A stretch of DNA of 64,000 nt from Candidatus Bathyarchaeota archaeon (GCA_963717465.1 OY970340.1:992001-1056000), one strand, 5' to 3'; shown: positions 9,464 through 19,573, counted from the first letter of the stretch. The notes: generated by a model not told the origin, from the sequence alone. A program made the numbers and translations.

Positions 9464-10885
9464 CTACTTTTTGAGTTGAACACCTTGGCGCCACACAGCA
9501 CGAATGGACAGCGTGTCAGAGATGCTCGTCGTTGGGTCCCCGTCGACCAGCAACAGGTCGGCACGAGCCCCTGGAGCCACTCGGCCTCGGTCGGTGAGGC
9601 CGAACCTACGCGCAGGGGTGGATGTCGCTGCCCGCAGCGCTTCGATCGGGGTCAATCCAGCCGCGACCAGAAGTTGCAGTTCTTGGTGCAAACTGGCGCC
9701 GTGGGCGAGTCCCCCGAGGCTGGGAATAGGCTCCGACACATCACAACCTGCCAGAATATCCACACCCGCCTTGTGGAGGGTCATGACGCCGGCATAAGCA
9801 TTTTCAAGCTTTCCTTCCGGGTAGACGTTCATGCTACGAGAAAGCGAGTTAAGCCACTTCTGGCTCAGCCTGGAACTTACTCTTTTGTCGGCGGCCAGCG
9901 CGGATGCGTTATTGCCAACGGCAGAGGAGATTGTCACCAAGGTGGGGATAACAAACGCACCGGAAGTTGCAATGGTATCCACAAACTTGGGGGTAGGCTG
10001 ACTATCAAAGAACAAGTGTGCCAGCCCATCTACTCCAGCGGCAATAGCTCGCCTGCCTTCTTCAGCGGTGGTTACGTGGGCGATGGCCATCTTACCTTTA
10101 CGATGAGCTTCTTTTACGGCTGCATTGAGGGTTTCATCGTTCAGTACAGGAAGTCCAGGAAAACCGATGCTGGTTCCGTCCTCTATAAAGATTTTAATGT
10201 AGTCGGCTCCTTGGGCGATCTGTTTGTCGACGAATTTGACGGCCTCGTTAGGGGTTGAGACAGTCGGATAGCGGAAGAATAAGCGTATGAGTAAGTTGTT
10301 GCTTGAACTCATATATTCAGTTGGATGACCTCCTGGAGGAGTGAGGCCCATCCCAGGGGAGCGCAAATCAGCTATATCGCTCCGTTCAGCGATTTTCTTT
10401 CGCATCTTCGGTGTCCAATGGCCGTTCATCTCCAGCTCCGTGGTGACACCAAACGACAGCGCGGTCCGCAAGCCGTCCAGATCGGTATGCACATGGGAGT
10501 CAATCAAGCCTGGCATCAGGGTTGCGCCGTGACCATCAATGACAGTTGCCCCAGCTGGAACCTCGCCACCTACCGCCTGTATATATGCCCCTTTAATCAC
10601 CACAGTCATGTCGTCAATGACACGGTCACCGTCGAAAATCCTCACGTTGGTTATAGCTGTAATCCGATCTTGTAAAAGTGCTGGCTTATTTCCGTCACCC
10701 CTCAAAAATCCAACAGCAAGAGTCCCAGTAACAAAGACCGTTGCCGTTTTCAAGAAGGTCTTTTTGGGCATTCCACGCTCGTGATTATGCTTGTTTTTAT
10801 AAATGCGTTTTTCACATTTCTTTTTGCAAAACTCTTTAACCGCATTTACTATGCCAGCCTGTTTCTCGTCAACTTCAAACTGCAT
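9464..10885 (-). CDS. Metal-dependent amidohydrolase (imidazolonepropionase-like) with chimeric N-terminus
   Basis: PGLIDSHVH, GADYIKI, AIAH, GLAH, AATSTPARRFG, GARADLLLVDGDP motifs; ATG at 10885 overlaps upstream TAA. Confidence 0.88.
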   Translation of the reverse strand: MQFEVDEKQAGIVNAVKEFCKKKCEKRIYKNKHNHERGMPKKTFLKTATVFVTGTLAVGFLRGDGNKPALLQDRITAITNVRIFDGDRVIDDMTVVIKGAYIQAVGGEVPAGATVIDGHGATLMPGLIDSHVHTDLDGLRTALSFGVTTELEMNGHWTPKMRKKIAERSDIADLRSPGMGLTPPGGHPTEYMSSSNNLLIRLFFRYPTVSTPNEAVKFVDKQIAQGADYIKIFIEDGTSIGFPGLPVLNDETLNAAVKEAHRKGKMAIAHVTTAEEGRRAIAAGVDGLAHLFFDSQPTPKFVDTIATSGAFVIPTLVTISSAVGNNASALAADKRVSSRLSQKWLNSLSRSMNVYPEGKLENAYAGVMTLHKAGVDILAGCDVSEPIPSLGGLAHGASLHQELQLLVAAGLTPIEALRAATSTPARRFGLTDRGRVAPGARADLLLVDGDPTTSISDTLSIRAVWRQGVQLKK

Positions 10886-12108
10886 TAGTAGAAGCCTCTG
10901 CCAGCTTTTTTGCCAATCCATCCTTTATTGACATACTCTTCCAGCAGCGGGCAAGGGTTATATGTTTCCATTTTATGTTCAGCGTAAGCACGCTTCAGTT
11001 TCATCAATACGACATCTAAGCCTATTTTATCGGCGTATTCGCATGGTCCCGTTGGCCAATGAATGCCTAGCTTCATTCCTAAGTCGATTGTTTGGGGGTT
11101 TGCAGCGCCGTCATAGATGAGCCAGGCAGCTTCATTCACAGCTACTGCCCAGGATCGTTCGACGTCGTATTCGTTTTTTGGGCTTGATGGTATTTCGGGT
11201 TTACCTTTTGACCAGTCATAAAAGCCTGAGCCCTTTTTGCATCCAAACTTGCCTTGTTTCACAAGCGGTTCGATAACTTCATTGCATGGTTTAAACCGTT
11301 CACCATAAGCTTTGTACAGGGTTTTAGCTACTTCGTAAACTACGTCTAAACCCGCAAAGTCTGAAAGCTCAAACCAGCCCATGGGGAAATGGCCCGTGTA
11401 CTTTAATGAAGCGTCTATGCCCTCCTTTGAAGCTTCGCCCCGATGGAATGTCCAGAATGCCTCATTAAACTCTGCTATTATGATGCGGTTTACGATGAAT
11501 CCTCTTACATCCTTTTGGACTACGATGGGCGTTTTTCCAATTTTTTTAGAAAAAAAAGTTGCGGTGTCGATTGTTTCTTGACTGGTATTTTCTCCTTTGA
11601 TTACTTCTACAAGCTCCATTTGCTGAGGCGGATTAAAAAAGTGCATCCCAACAATCTTGTCGGGGCGTTTTGTGACTTTGCCCATTTCTGTTATGCTTAA
11701 AGCTGAAGTGCCAGACGCAAAAATGGCATGTGAAGGCACAAGGGAATCAAGTTTAGAGAACACTTGACATTTTAAATCAAAGTTTTCGGGAACAGCTTCA
11801 AAAACAAAATCAGCATCTTTAGCTTCACCATAACTTGTTGTAGCATGTATTCGAGCCATGGTTTGGTCTGCATCTTCTTTGCTGATTCGGCTTTTTGCAA
11901 CGAACTTGTCAAGACTCCACTTGATTTTCTCTATTCCTTTTCGAAGAGATTCTTCGTGGCGACCTATCATAACAACTTGGAATCCTGCCATAGCTGCAAG
12001 TTGAGCTATGCTGTGGCCGATGACTCCTGAGCCGATAACCGCGATTTTTTCAAGTTTTGAAGCTTTTCCCAAATGATTTTTGCACCGTAGAAATGGGGTT
12101 AAGAACAA
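10885..12108 (-). CDS. 3-hydroxyacyl-CoA dehydrogenase (likely TTG start at 12072)
   Basis: IAVIGSGVIG, EAVPENFDLK, GMHFFNP, GFIVNR; duplicated C-terminal domain. Confidence 0.93.
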   Translation of the reverse strand: MFLTPFLRCKNHLGKASKLEKIAVIGSGVIGHSIAQLAAMAGFQVVMIGRHEESLRKGIEKIKWSLDKFVAKSRISKEDADQTMARIHATTSYGEAKDADFVFEAVPENFDLKCQVFSKLDSLVPSHAIFASGTSALSITEMGKVTKRPDKIVGMHFFNPPQQMELVEVIKGENTSQETIDTATFFSKKIGKTPIVVQKDVRGFIVNRIIIAEFNEAFWTFHRGEASKEGIDASLKYTGHFPMGWFELSDFAGLDVVYEVAKTLYKAYGERFKPCNEVIEPLVKQGKFGCKKGSGFYDWSKGKPEIPSSPKNEYDVERSWAVAVNEAAWLIYDGAANPQTIDLGMKLGIHWPTGPCEYADKIGLDVVLMKLKRAYAEHKMETYNPCPLLEEYVNKGWIGKKAGRGFY

Positions 12109-12155
12109 ATCTGCTAATTAAGCTTTTGAAAAACTAAACCTGAAAAAAGAAAACG

Positions 12156-12596
12156 CTATTTTAAAGGTACGAATTCGTATGTTGGGTTTCCTTCAGGTGA
12201 AACCTTTGCTACAAGTTTAGCTTTCATGCCAATTTTTACTTGTGAGGGCTTAAACCCGCTTAGCCAAGCTAAGACTTTAACTCCTTCTTTTAGGCGTCCA
12301 ATGGCGACAACGTAAGGTTCATGGTTTGAGAAAGTTAACGGTCTAACCATGACATGCGTGAAAGTTTCTATTTCTGCTTCACTTGAAAGAGGCACCCATT
12401 GAACTTCAGAAGAGAGGCACTCTCCGCAGTCGGCAACGGGCGGAAAATAAATTTTGCCACATTTTGCACATTTGGTTGCGTAGACTTTTCCTTCTTTCAG
12501 ATAATCCCAAAACTTCTGTGTCTTGGCAATTGGCACATCTTGAACATTCTTTATTTCATGAGTTTTAATGGTGGGAACATTTGTCGTATTTGTCAC
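12156..12596 (-). CDS. DUF35 Zn-ribbon/OB-fold thiolase partner
   Basis: CAKCG..FPPVADCGEC; coupled to thiolase. Confidence 0.9.
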   Translation of the reverse strand: MTNTTNVPTIKTHEIKNVQDVPIAKTQKFWDYLKEGKVYATKCAKCGKIYFPPVADCGECLSSEVQWVPLSSEAEIETFTHVMVRPLTFSNHEPYVVAIGRLKEGVKVLAWLSGFKPSQVKIGMKAKLVAKVSPEGNPTYEFVPLK

Positions 12597-13768
12597 CTTC
12601 TAAGAATAGTTACGTAGCAGTAGTGTCCAGTTCCACCAGTATTATGAGCGAGACCAATGTAATTTTTCATTGGAGCTTGTCGTCCATTTTCCTTAACCTC
12701 TTCTCGGAGTTGTTTTGTTAACTCGTAAATCATTGAGCATCCCGTGGCGCCTATTGGATGTCCCTTCGCTTTTAAGCCACCGTCAACGTTCACTGGAATT
12801 TTTCCGCCAATCTCGGTTTGTCCTTCTCGAATTAGTTTGGCGCCTTCGCCTTTAGGGCATAAGCCTACGTCCTCGTAAGCTAATATTTCAGCAATCGTAA
12901 AGCAGTCATGGACATCTGCAACATCAACCTGTTTGGGCTTGATTTTTGCCATTTCGAACGCTTTTTGGGACGCTAAAACGCTTGCTTCTAACCCTAAATA
13001 ATCGGTTCTTTTGCTTAAATTCGCTGTTCCACCAGCATAACCAATGCCAGCAACCCAAACCGGCGTGTCAACACCCAACTGTTTAGCTTTCTCCTCAGAA
13101 GCTAAAATTACGCATGAAGCGCCATCAGTCAATGGACAGCAATCAAAAAGCTTCAGCGGTGAAGCAATAACCGTTGACGATAAAACATCCTTCACTGTAA
13201 TAGCCTTTTGCAACTGCGCTTTTGGATTCATGGCTGCATATTTATGGTTTTTAACAGCGACCAAAGCCATGTCTTCTTCTGTTGTCCCGAATCGAGCCAT
13301 ATGGGCATTCGCGTGTAACGCGTAATATGCTGGAAATGTTACTCCGAAATTATGGAATTCCCAAAAATAGTTGCCTGCCCGCCCTATCCACTCCATGGCT
13401 GTTGAGGAGTCAACTTCCTTCATTTTCTCAACGCCTAACGCCGCAGTTACTTCCGCTTGTCCACTTGCAATTGCCCAATAAGCAGTTGTAAACGCGGCGC
13501 TGCCACTTGCACAGGCAGCTTCACAACGAGCAAGGCCTGCGCTGCTGCTTAGTCCGCAGTATTCTGATGCGATAACGGCGGGAAGAAGTTCCTCATGCAA
13601 TGTTCCCGCTCCCATGGACGCTAAAGCTAAGAATTCAATGGCTTTCGGGCTTACTTTTGCGTCTTCAACAGCGGGTTTAAACGCTTCAAATGTCAATTCA
13701 GCTAAGTTAACGTCGTTTCTGATGCCGAATTTTGAACTTCCAACGCCGATAACAGCAACTTTTCTCAT
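12593..13768 (-). CDS. Thiolase (SCP-x type acetyl-CoA acyltransferase)
   Basis: EAACASG, VHDCFT, GGLKAKGHPIGATG motifs. Confidence 0.93.
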   Translation of the reverse strand: MRKVAVIGVGSSKFGIRNDVNLAELTFEAFKPAVEDAKVSPKAIEFLALASMGAGTLHEELLPAVIASEYCGLSSSAGLARCEAACASGSAAFTTAYWAIASGQAEVTAALGVEKMKEVDSSTAMEWIGRAGNYFWEFHNFGVTFPAYYALHANAHMARFGTTEEDMALVAVKNHKYAAMNPKAQLQKAITVKDVLSSTVIASPLKLFDCCPLTDGASCVILASEEKAKQLGVDTPVWVAGIGYAGGTANLSKRTDYLGLEASVLASQKAFEMAKIKPKQVDVADVHDCFTIAEILAYEDVGLCPKGEGAKLIREGQTEIGGKIPVNVDGGLKAKGHPIGATGCSMIYELTKQLREEVKENGRQAPMKNYIGLAHNTGGTGHYCYVTILRR

Positions 13769-13816
13769 TAACTAAACACAAGTGAATCAAGATGAGTGGA
13801 AAGAGATATGTTTTAC

Positions 13817-14617
13817 TCATTTTTCTTCTTGGGCGGATTTCTTTCTTGACTTGAAGTCTTCTAAAGCTTTTTTAAATTCATCTGTTGATGTAGCCAAACC
13901 CAGCAAGCTGGCTTCCAAACGTAAACCTGCTTCTAGCGGCATTTGGCTCCCAAAGTTAACTGCTTGCTTAACATACTTCAAAGCAACAGGAGATTTTTTC
14001 GAAAAGTTTTGGGCAAACTCGGCAGTTTTTTCATGAAAAACTTTGGAATTAACCACCTGATTGACTAAGCCTATTTTCAGGGCTTCAGCAGCCATAATTC
14101 TATTTCCTATCATGACCATTTCTTTCGTTTTAGGCATGCCGACAATTCGCGCAAGTCTTTGAGCACCACCCCACCCAGGAATTAACCCAAAATTTATTTC
14201 CGGGAATCCCAATTCAGCTTTCTCTGAAGCCACGCGAAAATCGCAAGCCAAAGCCAATTCTAAGCCTCCGCCTAAAGCCAAACCATTGATTCCAGCAATC
14301 ACTGGCTTAGAGAGTTCTTCTATTTTAGCAAATGCTTTTTGCCCCATTCTAGCAAGTTCTTCTGCTTGAGCAGGGGTTATGGATGAAAACATGGTTAAGT
14401 CAACACCTGCACTGAATGCTTTGTCACCAGCCCCTGTTATGACAATGCTGCGAACATTGGTGTTTTTTTCAGCTGCATCCAAAGCCTCGCTTAGTTCTGT
14501 AATTAACGCTTCATTAATCGCGTTATGCTGAAGGGGCCTGTTAAGAATTATCCACAAAGCATTCTGATCTTTTTCAGTTTTTATGTTTTCATACTTTGGG
14601 TTCAATAAATATCCCAT
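13817..14617 (-). CDS. Enoyl-CoA hydratase/isomerase (crotonase)
   Basis: AFSAGVDL, ALGGGLELALACD, PEINFGLIPGWGG motifs. Confidence 0.93.
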   Translation of the reverse strand: MGYLLNPKYENIKTEKDQNALWIILNRPLQHNAINEALITELSEALDAAEKNTNVRSIVITGAGDKAFSAGVDLTMFSSITPAQAEELARMGQKAFAKIEELSKPVIAGINGLALGGGLELALACDFRVASEKAELGFPEINFGLIPGWGGAQRLARIVGMPKTKEMVMIGNRIMAAEALKIGLVNQVVNSKVFHEKTAEFAQNFSKKSPVALKYVKQAVNFGSQMPLEAGLRLEASLLGLATSTDEFKKALEDFKSRKKSAQEEK

Positions 14618-14789
14618 TGCTTTATAGATTCATGGAAAATATATTCTTTCTTTTCTTTAACAAACAAAACACAATCAAGTCATGCAACCGGGTCCATGGG
14701 ATTCAATAAAGTATTTGGATCTTAAGAAGGCGCGCATGCTAACCACGCGCCGCGCTTAATGCCTTCGTATCTACTTTTTTGGGCAACTT

Positions 14790-14936
14790 TTAAGAATTTA
14801 ATGCCGGCTTACTTATAGTTTGGTTCTGCTCAATAGTGAGCCCTTTTGGTTGTCCTACAACATAGAGCACCCATCCGCATACCCAAACAATGCAAATTAA
14901 TGGAATCAACAAAATTTTTAGCCATCCCTTAACCAT
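14790..14936 (-). CDS. Putative 48-aa single-pass membrane protein (not in ORF track)
   Basis: MVKGWLKILLIPLICIVWVCGWVLYVVGQPKGLTIEQNQTISKPALNS; GGGAGAG just upstream of ATG. Confidence 0.55.
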   Translation of the reverse strand: MVKGWLKILLIPLICIVWVCGWVLYVVGQPKGLTIEQNQTISKPALNS

Positions 14937-15229
14937 AATCTCTCCCTGCAAGCGTACTATCGGCTAATATTAAAAAGGTTTGTTGCAAAGGCTATTTCAC
15001 TGATTAGCAAATCTTACAAAACAAGGCATGTAGTACTCTTGAAGTGAATTATTCAGGTACATTTTTATTTGCTTAGACAGTACCGTCTCGATTTTTGTCG
15101 GCTTATTGAAGCTAATCATGAACACGTATGTTAGCGGCGAATATGGTTATAGCGAAAAAAAGAATTCCTTAAACCTTAGGGCCATAAACTTTAGGTAGCT
15201 GTTGCACTTTAGGTAAGTTTAGGAGGATA

Positions 15230-15883
15230 TTGTTTATGTCTGCAAACTTGGAATGTAATAAAATCATCGATCAAGTAATTGAGTCCAGAAGGTCTATAAG
15301 AAAATTTAAGACTGAATCTCCCCCGAGAGAGCTTATTGAGAAAGTTTTGCAGGCGGGTCTTTGGGCACCTTACGCTAGTGCCGCAGTGACACGTGAAGAC
15401 TATCGACGGTTTACTGTTATTCCAAGAGAAAGCAAAGCCACAGCTCAAGTGGCTCAAATCCTGAAGCGGCATATGCAATCTTTTGTCAAACAGCTAGAAT
15501 CTAAAATGCTAACCGACGAATTTACAAAGCAGCATGCAGGACCTTTTGTGAGTCGGCTTAAAATGATGGGTGAACATGGCATGCCCCAGATTGGAACAGC
15601 CCCATATTACATTGTGATTGCTGAGCAACGAGGAATTCCATCTTCTGAACAACAATCTCTTGCCCACTGCCTTCAAAACATGTGGCTAAAAGCTACAGCT
15701 TTGGGGCTTGGAATGCAGTTGATTTCGCTCACTGAACAGTTGGCTAATGATAAAGAGTTCTGTGACCTCATAAATATCCCATTAGGCGAATATGCATTAG
15801 ACGGCTGCGTAATCGGCTACCCGGACATGAACCCGCCAGCGCCAAAAAGACCCAAATTAAACAATGTCATAACTTGGCTTTAG
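15230..15883 (+). CDS. Nitroreductase family protein
   Basis: IESRRSIRKF, AGLWAP, QNMWLKATALGLG, IGYP motifs. Confidence 0.9.
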   Translation: MFMSANLECNKIIDQVIESRRSIRKFKTESPPRELIEKVLQAGLWAPYASAAVTREDYRRFTVIPRESKATAQVAQILKRHMQSFVKQLESKMLTDEFTKQHAGPFVSRLKMMGEHGMPQIGTAPYYIVIAEQRGIPSSEQQSLAHCLQNMWLKATALGLGMQLISLTEQLANDKEFCDLINIPLGEYALDGCVIGYPDMNPPAPKRPKLNNVITWL

Positions 15884-16138
15884 CGCGCTTTTCGAATTTG
15901 AGGGTAGATTTAAGCACTTCACTAAACTATCAAACACTAACCATTCAAATCCAGCTATTCTCTCAGTAGCTTCAAGCTACTATGTTACTATCTTTTCCCG
16001 CGTCCAAGCAAAGGGGACTAAGATGCCATTAATTCAAAAAATATCTTGACAAGATCAAATGTTTCAGAGTATTTAGGATTTGAAGCAGAAAATTTTTTTA
16101 GTTATTATCACTTAACTTCTTTTTTAAGGATGATTTTT

Positions 16139-16288
16139 ATGAGTTTAAAATTAAAAGTGGATGAAAAAGAAGTACCTCTCAACGAATTCGTAGCTAAAAT
16201 TCTTCAGGGAACAATTATGGGTGCCGTAACATCTCTGCATGGAATAAACGATGACTGGAAGAAAATACAGATAGAAATCAAAAAATAG
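16139..16288 (+). CDS. Small hypothetical protein (49 aa)
   Basis: MSLKLKVDEKEVPLNEFVAKIL... with AGGATGA upstream; C-terminal part of ORF 16046..16288. Confidence 0.6.
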   Translation: MSLKLKVDEKEVPLNEFVAKILQGTIMGAVTSLHGINDDWKKIQIEIKK

Positions 16289-16294
16289 ACTGGG

Positions 16295-16864
16295 TTATCC
16301 GTTGAATTCTACCTGGTTTTTTATTTCTGCAAACATTTCTTTTTTAGCTTTGCATATTGGGCAAACGTACGGTGGATCTTCCCTGAAAGCAACGTAGCCG
16401 CATTGCTTGCAATACCAAAGTTTCTTTTTTACTTCAGAAGTTTCTTTAGGTTTTGCTGACGGAGTTAGTGCCTCGACTGTTTTTTCTTGTGTTTCAGCTT
16501 TTGCTCCTTTTTGAGGAGTTGAACTTGTGTATGCTCTTGTTTGTTTGTCTTTTGGTCTGCGTTCAGGTACTTCGGGCAATTTTTTGCTTTCGTACACTGC
16601 TTTGTTAACGTAAAGTCTGCAGTAGCATGCTCCGTACTCTGCCACGTCTGGGTCTCTATAATCGCAGGGGCAGATTATGTCTCTGTCAAACTCGAATTTG
16701 CCAGAAGTAAGCCTGCAAGGGCACAGTGGATAACCGTAGCGTTCTTCGTTTGCTTTTAGTCCTTCAAGAAAAGCTTGTAGAAGTTCTGGGTCAGGAGTTA
16801 AATAGTAACCATAAGTCTTAGCGTCAGCTTCTGCACGCTGACGAACTTTCTCTATCGGTATCAT
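16295..16864 (-). CDS. Ferredoxin:thioredoxin reductase-like catalytic subunit with C-terminal rubredoxin domain (ferredoxin:disulfide reductase)
   Basis: CPC, CPC, CYC motifs; WYCKQCGY...CPICK rubredoxin-like domain. Confidence 0.9.
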   Translation of the reverse strand: MIPIEKVRQRAEADAKTYGYYLTPDPELLQAFLEGLKANEERYGYPLCPCRLTSGKFEFDRDIICPCDYRDPDVAEYGACYCRLYVNKAVYESKKLPEVPERRPKDKQTRAYTSSTPQKGAKAETQEKTVEALTPSAKPKETSEVKKKLWYCKQCGYVAFREDPPYVCPICKAKKEMFAEIKNQVEFNG

Positions 16865-17154
16865 AGTTTCAACACTTCTTTTAGTTCGTCTTTTCTAAAA
16901 CCAGAGATAACATCTTTATCGTCAATAATTACGGTTGGGAAACCCACGTTTCCCGTCCTGTCATAAATTAGATTTTTTACTTTATCTTTGTCTTCCTCTT
17001 CAAGCAGATCCACGTCTAAATATTCATACGCAACACTGTTATCTTTCAAAAACTGCTTTGTTAATTTGCACCAAACACAAGTGCTCAAAGCGTAAAGAAT
17101 GACCTTATGATTATTTTTTTCACCAGAAACCTTTGAGAATTTCATAAATCTCAC
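16861..17154 (-). CDS. Glutaredoxin-like (NrdH-type) protein
   Basis: LSTCVWC, GFPTVII, ISGF motifs; coupled to the FTR-like gene. Confidence 0.9.
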   Translation of the reverse strand: MRFMKFSKVSGEKNNHKVILYALSTCVWCKLTKQFLKDNSVAYEYLDVDLLEEEDKDKVKNLIYDRTGNVGFPTVIIDDKDVISGFRKDELKEVLKL

Positions 17155-17231
17155 TAATCTAGCATGATTTACGGGAAATATAACTGTTTAGCTAAACTTG
17201 CCTGCAAGTTGACCACACAAGCGATTGCCTG

Positions 17232-18608
17232 TTAAGCGGGCCTAAGGTTTCCAAAGGCGTTTTGCACTACTTCTGATAGGGCTGGATGGATATGCATTCC
17301 GTTAGCGATAGGCGCAAAGGTTCCTGGCTCAGTTGCCATCGCATTGACAATTTCTTGAATAAGAATCGCGGCTTCAGGTCCAATAATATGCGCTCCTAAG
17401 ATCTTTCCTGTTTGCTTTTCCACGATAACTTTGACGAATCCATCTGGTTCACCCATTGCTGCACCCATAGCTGTGTCACGATAAAGTCCCTTGCCAACCA
17501 ATATTTGGTGACCTTGCTTTTTTGCTTCTGCCTCTTTTAATCCAACAGAAGCAATTTGTGGATACGTAAAAGCTGCATGTGGAGTAGCGGAGAAATCCAT
17601 CTTTGCTTTATGATCGTGAACAGCGTTGTGCCAAGCGATGCCGGCTTCGTAGTTAGCGACATGTTTGAACATTTCTTTGCCGATTGCATCTCCTAAAGCC
17701 CAAATATTCTTCTTACTTGTTTCAAGATAATCGTCAACTTTTATGTAGCCTCTCTCATCCAGTTTAACGCCTGTCCTTTCAGGCTTCAAAATATTAGCGT
17801 TGGAAACCCTGCCTGCAGCAATCATTACTGCTTCAGTAGTGAATTCTTTTATGCTGCCGTCCAACCTGTTTTTGGCGATGACGGTTTTCTCTAAATTGTT
17901 CTGTTTAATCTCTGACACTTCAAGATCCGTGTATATATCCATCTTTTTTGCCATCTCCAACTTGAGTAGGTCTGAGATTTCTGTTTCTTCGTCAGGAAGT
18001 ATTCTTGAAGCTCGTTGAATGATGGTTGTTTTTACGCCTAGTCCTGAGAAAAAGTGGCCGTATTCGACGCCGATGTAGCCTCCACCTACGATAAGGATGC
18101 TCTTAGGAAGTGTTTCTAGCTCTAAGACTGTGTCGCTTGTTAAGTAATTGATATTTTCGATGCCTTTTATCGGAGGCCCCAAGTTTCTTGCTCCTGAAAC
18201 AACAAAAATTTTCTTCGCCGTGATGGACTCTTTGCCTACTTGCATCGTGTAATCGGATGTAAATTCGCCTGTTTCCTTGAACCATTTAAGCCCGGTGGTT
18301 GCTTCGACTGATTTAGCTTGGCTGTTTGAGTCACCGTTTACGAGCGTGTGCATTCTTGTCATGATATTTTTAAAATCAACGGTGTTTACAGTTGCTTGTA
18401 CTCCTATTTTCTGGGCATCCTTAATTTGGGCAGTGACATCTGCCGGATGAATCAGCATTTTTGACGGGACACATCCACGGTTAATGCAGGTTCCGCCCAT
18501 TCGATTATTTTCAACGAGTGCTGTTTTCAAGCCTTGTCCTACTGCTTCGGAAGCAATTAGCATTCCTGAGCCGGAGCCGATGACGATTACATCGAATTTT
18601 TCTACCAT
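17232..18608 (-). CDS. Pyridine nucleotide-disulfide oxidoreductase (dihydrolipoamide dehydrogenase/mycothione reductase-like)
   Basis: GSGSG, GGTCINRGCVPSK, GGGYIGVE, HIHPALSE motifs. Confidence 0.9.
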   Translation of the reverse strand: MVEKFDVIVIGSGSGMLIASEAVGQGLKTALVENNRMGGTCINRGCVPSKMLIHPADVTAQIKDAQKIGVQATVNTVDFKNIMTRMHTLVNGDSNSQAKSVEATTGLKWFKETGEFTSDYTMQVGKESITAKKIFVVSGARNLGPPIKGIENINYLTSDTVLELETLPKSILIVGGGYIGVEYGHFFSGLGVKTTIIQRASRILPDEETEISDLLKLEMAKKMDIYTDLEVSEIKQNNLEKTVIAKNRLDGSIKEFTTEAVMIAAGRVSNANILKPERTGVKLDERGYIKVDDYLETSKKNIWALGDAIGKEMFKHVANYEAGIAWHNAVHDHKAKMDFSATPHAAFTYPQIASVGLKEAEAKKQGHQILVGKGLYRDTAMGAAMGEPDGFVKVIVEKQTGKILGAHIIGPEAAILIQEIVNAMATEPGTFAPIANGMHIHPALSEVVQNAFGNLRPA

Positions 18609-18793
18609 AAATATCATAAAAAATAAGAAGGATTCGGCAAATAAACTTTTCAAAAGTGATTGCGGGAAAATTTTTTATGCAACTTGCTGCTAACTTCAAT
18701 TTGGTGTAATTGTGTCAAAACCAAAAAAAGCAGCGGAAGAAGAAAAGAAGAAACAAGCCTATTACATTAAAAAAGAGAAAAAAGCCAAAGAAG

Positions 18794-19573
18794 TCAAGAA
18801 GAAGTAGCTTGCTCATCCAAAAATTTTGGAAGGCATCTTTCATCACTGATAGGGTCAAAACCTTCGAGTTCATTGATTGTCAGCGGTAACACGATTCGAG
18901 AGACTAAACCATTAAGGCTAAAAGGCAACCGAATCAAACGCATTTCCCCAGTAGTCACCCACTCGTCGATTTGAAAACCCTTACTTTTTATTTCTTTAGC
19001 AATTTCTTGTCTCCGCCCAGGACTGAGCTTATACGCTTCAGGGCTTAGAACGTGAATGTGAAAACCTCTCCCAGAATAAACTATTCTTAAACTTGAAAAT
19101 CTATCCTGCAAGTATTCGTATAATCGTGTTGTTTCTTGTTTAACCAAGTCTAATTCAATTTTGCAGAAACTTAACCCTTGCTTTCGCGCCATCTTATCAG
19201 CTAACGTACCATGAATTGGGCAGGTAATGTTTTCTGGGTCAAGGTCGAAAGCTAATTCTTGACCAACCTTAATCTTGTTTTCGTAAACGTTTCGGTCGTA
19301 ATATACTGCCTCAGGCAAGAAATCGATTATTTGTTGACGAACATCTTTCAGGTCAGAGTATTCGTCGATGATTATTGTGGTGTCCGAGTCTTTTTTGTAT
19401 TTTTCTTGGAAAATTCGTGTATGTCTGCCCATTATGACTGCAAAATTGATTTTTCCAGGCCAATCTTTAATCCACTGAGCAACTTTGTCAAGCTTAAATT
19501 CTGAGGCATAAAATTTTTCTCTTTCTTTAAGTGTTGAGTAACGTAAGCCTGGAGGTAATTCGTATTTGGTCAT
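18794..19573 (-). CDS. Archaeo-eukaryotic primase small-subunit (PriS)-like protein
   Basis: ELAFDLD, VYSGRGFHIHV, IDEWVT, RLIRLPFSLN motifs; small Cys/His insert (CPIH...C). Confidence 0.8.
   Translation of the reverse strand: MTKYELPPGLRYSTLKEREKFYASEFKLDKVAQWIKDWPGKINFAVIMGRHTRIFQEKYKKDSDTTIIIDEYSDLKDVRQQIIDFLPEAVYYDRNVYENKIKVGQELAFDLDPENITCPIHGTLADKMARKQGLSFCKIELDLVKQETTRLYEYLQDRFSSLRIVYSGRGFHIHVLSPEAYKLSPGRRQEIAKEIKSKGFQIDEWVTTGEMRLIRLPFSLNGLVSRIVLPLTINELEGFDPISDERCLPKFLDEQATSS

Noticed and set aside
9476..10784. Long plus-strand ORFs opposite the amidohydrolase
   Set aside because: Antisense shadows of a GC-rich gene with no recognisable motifs
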